A DNA stretch of 64,000 nt from Candidatus Hodarchaeota archaeon (GCA_048886685.1 JBHLKM010000001.1:160001-224000), one strand, 5' to 3'; positions 41,580 to 50,968 are shown, counted from the first letter of the stretch. Made by a program: numbers and translations. The notes: generated from the letters alone by a model not told the origin.

Positions 41580-42722
41580 ATGGTAAAGAGAGTATTAATT
41601 GCTTCGGAATCAGCATTTCGAAGAGATTTTCTTTCTGAAATGCTTGGGTCTCGTAAGGAGATATCGATAATTAATTCTGTAAGAAATGCTAAAGAAGCAA
41701 TTGATATAATTGAAAAAAAAAGTCTAGATGCTCTTATTTTGGATATTGAATTTGATAATAGTGAATGGGTTAACGACTTTTATCCCATAATCAAGAGCTT
41801 TCCAATTAAGACTATTATCTTGACTGATAAAAATCCGAATACGCTGGATTCTTATAAAATTCCTATTATTTTAAATTCTTATGATTATATTGTCAAGCCC
41901 GATGGCATTTGGAAAGATGAACTACCGAAGATTAGAGATAAAATAATCTCTAAAGTGTTAATGATTGATGTTCCGAAAATACATAAAATTGACAGTAAAA
42001 CAAGGCAAATAAACAAGGAAATTTTCATAAAACAAAGTCAGAAATCAAAGGTGGCAGGTATAGAAGATTCGAATAAAATAGTAAAACCTAAAATTGAATC
42101 CAGAAATGAAGAATATTTTCTAGACCTCTCACCAGTCAGCATTAAGAAATTAGACACCAGAGTTGTTGTCATAGGAGCTAGTGTTGGTGGACCCAGAACA
42201 TTAAGAACAATCTTCAGTGAAGTTCCTAAAGGATTTCCAGCGCCAATTTTAGTTGTTCAACACTTAAATCATCTATTTATGCGGCAACTTGTAACATCTT
42301 TAAGGGATATATGCAAAATGGATGTTAAAATTGGAATGAACTATGAAGAAATTCAGCCTGGGATAATATATTTTTCTCCTGGTGATAAACATATGCAAGT
42401 TACTGTTAAAAACGAAAAACCTTGCGTGAGAACCTTTGAAGGTGAACCTGTAAATTTTTGTAGGCCCTCTGTTGATGTACTTTTTTATTCTACAGCAAGA
42501 GTTTATAAAGAAAAAGCTCTAGGTATCTTGTTAACTGGTATGGGAAGAGATGGAGTTGATGGACTTCATGCAATTAAATCTAAAGGAGGAAAAACTATAG
42601 CAGAATCTGAAGAAACAAGTGTGTTATATGGGATGCCTAAAATTGCTGCTGAAACTGGTGCTGCTGATTTGATTGTACCAAATTATAAAATTGTCGAAGA
42701 AATAATTAACTTTGTGAAATAA
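41580..42722 (+). CDS. cheB: CheB-type protein-glutamate methylesterase with atypical receiver domain
   Basis: GASVGGP, VVQH, RPSVD, LTGMGRDG, YGMP. Confidence 0.88.
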   Translation: MVKRVLIASESAFRRDFLSEMLGSRKEISIINSVRNAKEAIDIIEKKSLDALILDIEFDNSEWVNDFYPIIKSFPIKTIILTDKNPNTLDSYKIPIILNSYDYIVKPDGIWKDELPKIRDKIISKVLMIDVPKIHKIDSKTRQINKEIFIKQSQKSKVAGIEDSNKIVKPKIESRNEEYFLDLSPVSIKKLDTRVVVIGASVGGPRTLRTIFSEVPKGFPAPILVVQHLNHLFMRQLVTSLRDICKMDVKIGMNYEEIQPGIIYFSPGDKHMQVTVKNEKPCVRTFEGEPVNFCRPSVDVLFYSTARVYKEKALGILLTGMGRDGVDGLHAIKSKGGKTIAESEETSVLYGMPKIAAETGAADLIVPNYKIVEEIINFVK

Positions 42723-42732
42723 TTAATCATAA

Positions 42733-44238
42733 TTAGACTTCTTTACTTCTTTTTAGACTTTTTATTATAAATCGAGAGCTAATTGTAATAATAGAGATTG
42801 CAGAAAATATTAAGATGATAACTATAAAATCATATCCCGAAATAAGGATGTCTGGAGGGCTTTCAACCAATTTTACTAGACATATATCATTACCCCCTGC
42901 TCCAAAGCTTTTTGTAAAACCGGAAATATATATGTTTCCTGAAAAGTCCAAAGCTATGCTAGTTGCTACATCATTTTCATCTCCACCCCAGTTAGTGTAA
43001 GAAATTAAAGAACCAAAACTGTTATAAATTAAAATTGTCATATCAGCCCGAGATGTTATAGGCAGTATTACATTTCCTGCAAGATAAATATTATCTTTTG
43101 AATCAATTGTAATATCAACGAATTCATCATAGTTATATTTATCCCAAGTTTGGTTCCACAATCTTACACCTAAATTATTATATTTTACTAAAAAAATATC
43201 AGACCATTCATCATCAGGACTGTTTCCCCTTACATTACCCCCGATATAAATATTATCAGAGGAATCTATAGCAATTTTCATAAAAAATACCCTCGGCGAT
43301 CTCCTCCATGTAGTGTTCCATAATTGGATCCCCGTAGGATCGTATTGCATCAGATATAAATCCATTTCATCGATACTATAGTTCGAAGATAAGATAAAAA
43401 GGTTATCTAAGGAATCAGTTGCTATTTGTGGAATTTGAGCAGCACCAATTCCTTCCATTGTATGACTCCATTGCAGATGACCGGTCATATTAAATTTCCA
43501 GATATGGAATTCCTCAGTGTCTGCCCCATTTAAAGTAGTACCGCTAATATAGATATCATCAACGGAATCAATTGTAATTATAGACTCACTAAGATCACTA
43601 ATATAACCCCATGTATGAATCCATTCCAAATCACCTGAACTGTTAAATTTTATTAATAAAATATTATCAGTTAGATCTGTTGTGTTTTCTGTCTTTCCTA
43701 AAAGATAAATGTTATTCATTGAATCTAATACTATTTCTGCTATGATTGAATCCCCATCTCCACACCAGATATAATCCCATTGTAAATCATCTGAACTGTT
43801 GAATTTTTTTAGATAAATTGCGTCAGTGTCTCCAGTAATGTTTCTCGTTCGTCCTGTTATATATATATTATTTTGTGAATCTAAAATAGCTCTACTGAAT
43901 GGGTTATCTCCTTCTTTTCCCCAGGAATAGTTCCATAGTAGTTCACCATTACTATTATATTTCAGTAGACATGGATAAGGCATTCCCGAACCATTAATAT
44001 AGCTAATTCCCGATAAATAGACATTATTCAATGAATCTATGTTTATTTCGATCCCTCTATCATCATGTGTATATCCCCATGTGCGAAACCAAGCAGTATT
44101 AAGTGAATTTGGTCCAGATATAAGAGGTTCATAATTCAAATTAGGATTATTAAATATTAAATTAGTTTCTTGGAGTAGTACACTGGAACACAAGCCAAAA
44201 ATAAATAGCATTAGAATATAGTTTCTATTAGATTTCAT
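42733..44238 (-). CDS. Cell-surface SBBP/beta-propeller repeat protein with C-terminal membrane anchor
   Basis: Signal-like N-terminus, repeated IDSxxNIYxxG...LLKFNSSGxLxW units, C-terminal ISGY+TM+basic tail. Confidence 0.8.
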   Translation of the reverse strand: MKSNRNYILMLFIFGLCSSVLLQETNLIFNNPNLNYEPLISGPNSLNTAWFRTWGYTHDDRGIEINIDSLNNVYLSGISYINGSGMPYPCLLKYNSNGELLWNYSWGKEGDNPFSRAILDSQNNIYITGRTRNITGDTDAIYLKKFNSSDDLQWDYIWCGDGDSIIAEIVLDSMNNIYLLGKTENTTDLTDNILLIKFNSSGDLEWIHTWGYISDLSESIITIDSVDDIYISGTTLNGADTEEFHIWKFNMTGHLQWSHTMEGIGAAQIPQIATDSLDNLFILSSNYSIDEMDLYLMQYDPTGIQLWNTTWRRSPRVFFMKIAIDSSDNIYIGGNVRGNSPDDEWSDIFLVKYNNLGVRLWNQTWDKYNYDEFVDITIDSKDNIYLAGNVILPITSRADMTILIYNSFGSLISYTNWGGDENDVATSIALDFSGNIYISGFTKSFGAGGNDICLVKLVESPPDILISGYDFIVIILIFSAISIITISSRFIIKSLKRSKEV

Positions 44239-44395
44239 ATATTTTCACCTGAATCTTGACCTCTCAAATATCATAGTTTATTAAACCATCCTTAAATTTA
44301 AGTTTATTTAAAGACAAATAATTCATTCACTTTTTTAAGAAAAAATCAAGCTTTCTATATCGAATAAATTTTTTAACTATAGTCAATTTTAATAG

Positions 44396-44584
44396 GTGAT
44401 GAAAATAGAAATCAATGAAGAATTGAAAAGAGAAATTCTGAAATTGATCTCGACTCCCGGAATTCAAATTGAGGATATAGTCGAGCAGCTAAAAATAGAC
44501 TATGATATAATAATGAACTTCTTATCTGAAGAATACTTAAAGCATAATTTTGATCATGGTCGAAGACTCTGTTGCAGATTTTAA
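44396..44584 (+). CDS. Small hypothetical protein (possible HTH-like, C-terminal CC)
   Basis: 62-aa ORF alone in an intergenic gap, GGTGA SD-like sequence at its start. Confidence 0.55.
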   Translation: MMKIEINEELKREILKLISTPGIQIEDIVEQLKIDYDIIMNFLSEEYLKHNFDHGRRLCCRF

Positions 44585-44654
44585 ATTATACTTTTTTTGA
44601 TAAAACTTTTTAACATTGATTTATTCTCTATCTCACTAAGTTTAAAAAAAGATC

Positions 44655-44755
44655 ATTCTAAGAAACTTAGGACGCAAATTAAAGCGGTTTCGATATATAT
44701 TAGATATTGAAATAAGTTACCATGATTTTAATCTCGCGTTCTTAGGTTTCAGAAT
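44655..44755 (+). ncRNA. Long imperfect stem-loop upstream of rpl11 (candidate structured RNA or leader)
   Basis: ATTCT/AGAAT, GAAACTTAGGACGC/GCGTTCTTAGGTTTC, ATTAAAG/TTTTAAT and GTTTCGATAT/ATATTGAAAT arms, several G-U pairs on the + strand, followed by a T-run. Confidence 0.5.
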
Positions 44756-44795
44756 ATTTTTTTAAACCATACTAATTGGATAAAAGTGAAATCAT

Positions 44796-45328
44796 ATGAG
44801 TACTAAAGGAAAAGTAACTGTTAAAGCCCTTGTGACCGGTGGAAGTGCGTCAGGTGGACCGCCTATTACATAAAACATATCGTTTTTGTGAATTTTGGCA
44901 AAGGTCCAGCAGTTGGTCCAACAGGAATAAATATCAAAGATGTTGTCGACGAAATCAACGCACAAACGATGGTATTTAAAGGCTTAACAGTACCTGTCAG
45001 GATAGAATGTGATCCAGAAACAAAACAATTTGAAATTTTTATTGAAACACCTTCCACAGCCTCATTATTACTTAAAGAAGCCGGTGTAGAAAAAGGAAGT
45101 TCAGCATCTTCGGAAACTAAAATCGGTAATCTCACAATTGACCAGATTATTAGCGTTGTTGAAGCAAAGAAAGATAGGTTTCTAGATAAAAATTTTAAAA
45201 AAGCTGTTAAAACAGTTTTAGGGACTGCCTTATCTGCTGGAATAACTGTTGAGGGAGAGGATCCCAGAGAAATTCAAAGAAGAATAGAAAGGGGAGAATA
45301 TGACGAAAAAATCAGGGGTGAATTATAA
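44796..45328 (+). CDS. rpl11: 50S ribosomal protein uL11, split gene: join(44796..44866,44902..45328), 165 aa
   Basis: Exon 1 MSTKGKVTVKALVTGGSASGGPPI and exon 2 GPAVGPTGINIKDVV...TPSTASLL...GTALSAG lie in different frames and join to give the conserved GPPIGPA motif. Confidence 0.9.
44867..44901 (+). other. Candidate BHB-type intron in rpl11 mRNA (35 nt)
   Basis: Outer stem TGGACC/GGTCCA, central helix GCCT/TGGC, bulges ATT and AAA, inner hairpin ACA(T)AAAAC/GTTTTTGT, in-frame TAA at 44871. Confidence 0.78.
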
Positions 45329-45330
45329 AA

Positions 45331-46059
45331 GTGAAAGTAGATGATAAATTGTTAAGAAGATCTTTAAATGCAGCTATAGATTTTTCAGTAATTAAAAAGG
45401 AGGGATTTAAAGATAAGATACGAAAATTCGATGAATCTATTGATCTTATCATTAATATTAAAGATGTTAATCTAAACGACCCAAAAAATAGAATTGATAA
45501 AGAAATTATCCTTTCGAACGAAGTAATTACAGAGAATAAACCTAATATATGTGTTATTGCTTCTGACGAAATATTACTCGAAGCAAAAAAGATTGGTGTT
45601 GATACTCTTGATTTAGATGGATTAGTTAAACTAAATAACGAAGAAAAGAAGTATAAGAAGAAATTTGCCAAAAAATATGAGTATTTTGTTGTCGAAGATA
45701 AAATGATGCGTGATGTCGCTCGTTATTTAGCAAGATTTCTTGGTCCTTTAGGTAAAATGCCAAAACCCTTCCCTACTGGCTATGGAATAATCTCTAGTCC
45801 GGATGATTTGAAAGTCGCCTTTGATAGGTATAAGAAGGTAATTCGTGTTCAAATGAAAAAACAACCTATCATTTTTGCAAAAATAGGAAAAAAATCAATG
45901 GAATTTGATAAATTATTTGAAAATATGAAAACGGTCGTAAATTTTATAGGAGATCAAATGCCACATAAATTCAATAACTTTAAATCGATATATTTAAAGT
46001 CTACTATGGGAAAACCAGTAAAAGTAACTGAAGATTTTTTAAAGAGTATAGAGGTGTGA
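45331..46059 (+). CDS. rpl1: 50S ribosomal protein uL1
   Basis: RKFDESIDL, LGPLGKMP, KSTMG. Follows rpl11. Confidence 0.95.
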   Translation: MKVDDKLLRRSLNAAIDFSVIKKEGFKDKIRKFDESIDLIINIKDVNLNDPKNRIDKEIILSNEVITENKPNICVIASDEILLEAKKIGVDTLDLDGLVKLNNEEKKYKKKFAKKYEYFVVEDKMMRDVARYLARFLGPLGKMPKPFPTGYGIISSPDDLKVAFDRYKKVIRVQMKKQPIIFAKIGKKSMEFDKLFENMKTVVNFIGDQMPHKFNNFKSIYLKSTMGKPVKVTEDFLKSIEV

Positions 46060-46063
46060 AAAA

Positions 46064-46951
46064 ATGATCAAAAAACAACATATACCTCAATGGAAATTAG
46101 ATGAAGTTAACAATCTAGTTGAATTGTTTAAAACCTATAATAATGTTGCTGTTATAGAAGTTGCTCATATCAATGATAAGCAAATTCAGTCAATGCGTAA
46201 GATTTTAAGGGGGAAGGCGGTATTTCGTATGTCTAAAAAATCCCTACAACTTCGAGCGATAGAACAATACAAAAAAGAGTCAAAAAAAACAAATTTAGAT
46301 GAACTAGCAATACATATTCCTGGTCAATCAAGCCTAGTTTTTACGAATCTTGATCTAATAGAATTAAAGGAGATCTTCCATGACTACGAATGGATGGTTC
46401 CGGCAAAACCAAATGAAATCACATCTGTAGATATTTGGGTGCCTGCTGGAGATACAGGATTACCAACTGGTCAAGTTATTAGTGAATTGAATATGACTTT
46501 AAAACTCCCTACAAGAATAATGAATGATACAATACACATTCGAGAAGATACAAGAACACATAAAGCAGGCGATTTGGTTACTGTAAAACAAGCCGCCGTA
46601 CTAAAAAAACTGGGTATAACACCAATAGAATCATTGATTAAAATCCATTTTGCTTGGAGTGATGGAGAAATTATTCCAAAAGATATCCTATATATGGATT
46701 TGAACAAATTTAAACAGGATATCGCTACTGGATATAGGCAAGCACTCGCTATTCTCTTTGAAATGCCCGTTTTTGAAGAAAGTATGACTAAAGATTATAT
46801 TCGGAAAGCTGTTTCTGAAGCTAATACACTGGATGCGATGATATTTGGAGAGGGATTAGCGGTGTCTGCCGAACTTGAAACTAAAGTTGAAGAAAAAGAA
46901 GCTGAAGAAGAGCCCGAGGAAGAAGTTGGGATTGGAGGATTATTTGGATAA
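46064..46951 (+). CDS. rpl10: 50S ribosomal protein uL10 (P0)
   Basis: PQWK, PAGDTGL, acidic tail ending GIGGLFG. Confidence 0.95.
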   Translation: MIKKQHIPQWKLDEVNNLVELFKTYNNVAVIEVAHINDKQIQSMRKILRGKAVFRMSKKSLQLRAIEQYKKESKKTNLDELAIHIPGQSSLVFTNLDLIELKEIFHDYEWMVPAKPNEITSVDIWVPAGDTGLPTGQVISELNMTLKLPTRIMNDTIHIREDTRTHKAGDLVTVKQAAVLKKLGITPIESLIKIHFAWSDGEIIPKDILYMDLNKFKQDIATGYRQALAILFEMPVFEESMTKDYIRKAVSEANTLDAMIFGEGLAVSAELETKVEEKEAEEEPEEEVGIGGLFG

Positions 46952-47026
46952 TTATTAAGATTTTTTTAAATTTCAATTAAAATTACAAATATAATGGTAA
47001 AAAAAGTATAAAAGAGGTTAGATAAT

Positions 47027-47314
47027 ATGGAAAGTATTTATGCTGCATTATTGCTTCACAAGGCTGGAGGAAAAATTACAGAGGCCAATGTAGAAAAGGT
47101 ATTAACTGCTGCCGGTGCGAAAGCCGATAAAACAGAAATTGCGAAATTAATTGCTGGCTTGAAAGGAACAAACATCGAAGATATCATTAAATCTGCTGGC
47201 ACTATGCCTGTAATGGCTGCTCCAGCTGCTGAAAAGAAAGAAGCAAAGAAAGAAGAGAAGAAAAAAGAAGAAGAAGTCGAAGAAGAGCCTACGGGGATAG
47301 GAAGTCTTTTTTAG
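47027..47314 (+). CDS. rpl12: Ribosomal stalk protein P1 (archaeal L12)
   Basis: IYAALLLH, Ala/Glu-rich hinge, GIGSLF. Confidence 0.95.
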   Translation: MESIYAALLLHKAGGKITEANVEKVLTAAGAKADKTEIAKLIAGLKGTNIEDIIKSAGTMPVMAAPAAEKKEAKKEEKKKEEEVEEEPTGIGSLF

Positions 47315-47331
47315 AACTAAATGAAGCAACT

Positions 47332-47362
47332 ATTTTTTTATTTATTTTTTTAAAATTTTTTT
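47332..47362 (+). terminator. Oligo-T archaeal terminator after the L11-L1-L10-P1 operon
   Basis: Several consecutive T-runs just after the P1 stop codon. Confidence 0.45.
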
Positions 47363-47557
47363 AAAAAATAGTATGTAATAGCTTGTTCTTAACCGGTCTA
47401 ATTTGAGGGAACTTGTTAAATCAAAAACTTTTTTTAAAATTCATATTTTTTTAAATTACTATTTAAAAATAAGAAACTGAAAAAAAACACCTCAGAAAAA
47501 CTTATTATAATATCTTTTAAAAAAGCTGCTCAAATAAACTCTCGTTGTTGATAAAAA

Positions 47558-49024
47558 GTGACTGGTAGATTTCTAAAATTCTTTTCACCGTTTGTAAGAG
47601 CAATGCCAGAAATTAAAAATCCTCAACGTGAGGTTTCTTTTAAAGAAAAGTTTATTTGGACTGCTGTCGTGCTCATCATTTATTTAATTATGTCAAATAT
47701 TCCCCTATATGGGATCGAAATTGGGGAATCAACAGATTATTTTTATTGGTTGCGGGTAATTCTCGCTAGCCAAAGAGGAACCCTCACAGAATTGGGTATA
47801 GGTCCTATTGTAACATCAGGACTTATAATGCAATTACTTTTAGGTTCTCGAATTATCAATGTGAATATGGCTGATCCATATGATAGAGCATTATTTAGTG
47901 GATCTCAAAAAGTTCTTGCTGTATTTCTAACAATCTTTAACGCTATTGCTTACATAATGGGAGGTGCTTTTGGTAGTTTATCAATAGATAGAGCATTTTT
48001 TGTTTTTTTCCAATTACTTTTTGCAGGAGTGGTTATAATCCTACTTGATGAAATACTTCAAAAAGGATGGGGACTTGGCAGTGGAGTGTCTTTGTTTATT
48101 GCTGCGGGTGTCGCTGGTCAAATCTTTTGGAACACTTTCAGTTTCATCGAGGGTCCAGATGGTATCCCAAGGGGAATTATTATAGCATTCTTTTCAGTAA
48201 TCTTTGATGGTGATCCTAATACCAACTTAGGAGATATTGTTGTAAGACAGCAACTTCCGTCATTATTAGGTATTATAACTACAGTTGTAATACTCGTTAT
48301 AGTCATTTGGTTTGAATCAACTCGCGTTGAGATTCCTCTTACTTATAGAGGCTATCGAGGATACAAAGGTAAATACCCCATGAAACTGCTGTATGTCTCC
48401 AATATCCCCGTGATATTGGTTAATGCGTTATATGCAAATATTCTGTTTTTTGGGCAGTTAATAGCCGGTCCCGAATCTGGCTTTCGTGTTAGAAACGGTG
48501 GACTTATTCCGGATTTTTGGGTTGATATACTTGGAGTGTTTAGATTAGAAGAAACGGGAGGGGGTATGGGAGGACAGTTAATACCAAAAGGCGGTTTGAT
48601 ATGGTTACTTACACCACCATTAGGAATAAATGATCTAGTCAACTATCCATTAAGAGCAGTAATCTATCTAATAATCTTTATTTTTCTATGTATAATGCTT
48701 GGAAGGGTTTGGGTGGAAGTAAGTGGTCTTGCTCCACGTGATATAGCTGGACAAATAATTGACTCTCAAATGCAAGTTCCTGGATTCAGAAGTTCTGAAA
48801 AAATTCTAGAAAGGATTTTAAAGAGATATATCCCCACTTTAGTGATTCTAAACGGAATATTAATAGCAGTATTGAGTTTCGGTGCAGATAGTTTGGGTGC
48901 ATTAACCTCTGGTACTGGACTTTTGATTGCCATTGGAATTATCCACCAATACGGGGAAACATTGGCTAAGGAAATGGCTGCGGCGCAATACCCAGGATTA
49001 AGAGGACTTCTTGGCATGGATTAA
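47558..49024 (+). CDS. secY: Preprotein translocase SecY/Sec61alpha
   Basis: GTLTELGIGPIVT, KGWGLGSGVSLFIA, YVSNIP, PGFR, SGTGLL. Confidence 0.97.
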   Translation: MTGRFLKFFSPFVRAMPEIKNPQREVSFKEKFIWTAVVLIIYLIMSNIPLYGIEIGESTDYFYWLRVILASQRGTLTELGIGPIVTSGLIMQLLLGSRIINVNMADPYDRALFSGSQKVLAVFLTIFNAIAYIMGGAFGSLSIDRAFFVFFQLLFAGVVIILLDEILQKGWGLGSGVSLFIAAGVAGQIFWNTFSFIEGPDGIPRGIIIAFFSVIFDGDPNTNLGDIVVRQQLPSLLGIITTVVILVIVIWFESTRVEIPLTYRGYRGYKGKYPMKLLYVSNIPVILVNALYANILFFGQLIAGPESGFRVRNGGLIPDFWVDILGVFRLEETGGGMGGQLIPKGGLIWLLTPPLGINDLVNYPLRAVIYLIIFIFLCIMLGRVWVEVSGLAPRDIAGQIIDSQMQVPGFRSSEKILERILKRYIPTLVILNGILIAVLSFGADSLGALTSGTGLLIAIGIIHQYGETLAKEMAAAQYPGLRGLLGMD

Positions 49025-49090
49025 TTTCCAAAATAATAAAGATTCTATCTATAAAGTTTAAAATGGTTTATAAATAATTCAAATATAGAT

Positions 49091-49693
49091 ATGATGTTTT
49101 TAATATTTGAAAATGTTTTTAAAGAATGGATTTCAAATCCCCCAGGCTCGATGTTTTTTGTGTTAATTTTAGCATTAACCACAGCATTAATCAGTGCAGG
49201 TTTGACAAAATGGTTAGTTGATACAGAAGAAATTGCCCGTAAACAACGGCAAATTAAAGGTCATGAAGAAGAAAAGGAAAAAATTATCGAATTGGCAGAA
49301 GTTGATCCTGAACGTTATAGAAAAGCGCGAAAAAGATGGGAACGTAAAGATGCAATGTTAAAGCAAACGCAGCAGAGAATGGCACTCCAGCGCTTAAAAC
49401 CAACTTGTGTAACTTTTCTTCCTATGATTATTATTTTTGGGGTCGTGAATGCTATTCTTAGAGGTGCTCACGTAGCACTAAGTCCTATGCATGCAAACGA
49501 TATACCACTTATAGGAACTCTTATAAGTGCTGGTCCAGTTTGGATAAATTTTACTGCTTGGTATTTCTTATGTTCTTTAGGAATTAATACACTAATTCAA
49601 AGAATCCTTAAGCTTCAAACCCAAGCATCAGGTGGAATGGGACAAATGATGGGTGCTAGTAAAGCAAAAACATTGGAATTTCCAGATGTATAA
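49091..49693 (+). CDS. EMC3/TMCO1 (DUF106, Oxa1 superfamily) membrane insertase
   Basis: TM-coiled coil-LKP..VTFLP-WYFLCS. Canonical position after secY. Confidence 0.85.
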   Translation: MMFLIFENVFKEWISNPPGSMFFVLILALTTALISAGLTKWLVDTEEIARKQRQIKGHEEEKEKIIELAEVDPERYRKARKRWERKDAMLKQTQQRMALQRLKPTCVTFLPMIIIFGVVNAILRGAHVALSPMHANDIPLIGTLISAGPVWINFTAWYFLCSLGINTLIQRILKLQTQASGGMGQMMGASKAKTLEFPDV

Positions 49694-49789
49694 ATCTTTT
49701 CTAAAACGGTACTCTGAGAATTAATTCAAGACTTAATGAAATTAATTTATAGAATATTACTTTATTTTTTTTTCATAAAAATGAAGAAA

Positions 49790-49890
49790 CGCAGACAGAG
49801 GGATTCGAACCCTCGAGTGCATTCACACACTGGCTTTCTGGGAATATTTCCGCTCCAAGCCAGCGCCGTACCGGGCTAGGCAATGTCTGC
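49790..49890 (-). tRNA. tRNA-Ser(GGA) with 17-nt canonical 37/38 intron (49836..49852)
   Basis: Acceptor GCAGACA/TGTCTGC, G73, anticodon stem CTGGC/GCCAG, long variable arm, BHB helix TTGG/CCAG. Confidence 0.92.
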
Positions 49891-50031
49891 ACAAAATCTA
49901 AACTAATTTTATTTCCTACATTTTCAAATAACAATTTAAAATTTTAATATTTTATCATAGAAATAAATGGAAAAGTGAAGAGAACATAAAAAAAAGAATA
50001 AATTAAAAAAAACCACATGAAAAAATGGATT

Positions 50032-50319
50032 TTACTTAAGAGGAATAGAAACAGTTTCCTTCATTTTTTTGTCTAATTTAGCTTTTTTAATAGCAGCTTC
50101 AACATCTTCATGATTAGCTCCTTTTTTGAGTTCAATTATTTCAGTTAATGGTTCAATGTGCTTATAATTAACTCTTCTTCTTCTAACGTTTAAACCATCA
50201 ATTAATAAATAATTTTTATCAATAACATCAACAATAATGCAATAGTGACCCGCTTCTCTTCCCATGCTCTTGACGCAGAGCCTTCCTATATCATAAACAC
50301 TCATATAATTTGTCACCAA
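50032..50319 (-). CDS. rpl14e: 50S ribosomal protein eL14
   Basis: IGRLCVKSMGREAG, KOW-like, RRRVNYKHIEP. Confidence 0.95.
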   Translation of the reverse strand: MVTNYMSVYDIGRLCVKSMGREAGHYCIIVDVIDKNYLLIDGLNVRRRRVNYKHIEPLTEIIELKKGANHEDVEAAIKKAKLDKKMKETVSIPLK

Positions 50320-50425
50320 ACTATTTTTATGGTTACTGGTATTGATAATTCCAGTAAATTATTACATTTATTAGTAAGTTAGTAAATTAATGAAAGAATA
50401 AATTATTTTTGATTTTTAGAAAAAC

Positions 50426-50968
50426 TTAACTAAATTTTTGTCCTCTTACTGCAGAAAGAATTTGTTCTAATACATCATCAATCGTTAAGGTTCCTGTATC
50501 TATAATCAAGTTATAGAGTTTTACTATTTTCTCTTCATCTTTCAAATCAATATTATAAAGTTTTTTATATCGATTTAATTCAGAATCTTCTCTCATTATT
50601 GTTTCTTTTAATTTTTCATCATATGATTCATTATCCCTTTCTGCCATTCTCTTAACTCGTATTTCTAATGGACATATTAATAATATTTTAAAGTCGGCAA
50701 TAGTTTCAAGAATGTAAGCACTTAGTTGACTGTCAATAATTATATTTCCTTTTTGAGCAATTTCAATAATTTTATGATCTAATTTTTTATCTATTTCAGG
50801 ATTATTTTCTACATATTCTGTGAACTCTTCTAGGGTTAAATTCATTTCATTCGCAAGATCTCTAAAAGCTTGTCCAGTACTATAATATCTGATTGCTAAT
50901 CTTTCAGCAACTAATCTTCCTATTGTGCTTTTTCCAGTTCCGTGAAGTCCAGATATTGTTAAGATCAT
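50426..50968 (-). CDS. cmk: Archaeal cytidylate kinase
   Basis: ISGLHGTGKST, STGQAFR, RYKKLYNID. Lies between rpl34e and rpl14e. Confidence 0.92.
   Translation of the reverse strand: MILTISGLHGTGKSTIGRLVAERLAIRYYSTGQAFRDLANEMNLTLEEFTEYVENNPEIDKKLDHKIIEIAQKGNIIIDSQLSAYILETIADFKILLICPLEIRVKRMAERDNESYDEKLKETIMREDSELNRYKKLYNIDLKDEEKIVKLYNLIIDTGTLTIDDVLEQILSAVRGQKFS

Noticed and set aside
44655-44755. SECIS element
   Set aside because: The AUGA is not paired with a GA quartet and apical AA in SECIS geometry, and no in-frame UGA gene lies upstream.
44860-44905. Programmed frameshift or simple pseudogene explanation for the split rpl11
   Set aside because: A frameshift would leave about 11 extra residues in an invariant motif. 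Both halves are undegraded and the insert has splice-compatible structure. Not formally excluded without RNA data.
44888-45328. ORF-track uL11 starting at GTG 44888 (MNFGK...)
   Set aside because: It lacks the conserved N-terminal strand and GGPP, which are encoded intact upstream from ATG 44796. The GTG lies inside the insert.
50332-50357. TTACTGG/CCAGTAA hairpin upstream of rpl14e
   Set aside because: A single short stem, too weak to call a regulatory element without conservation data.
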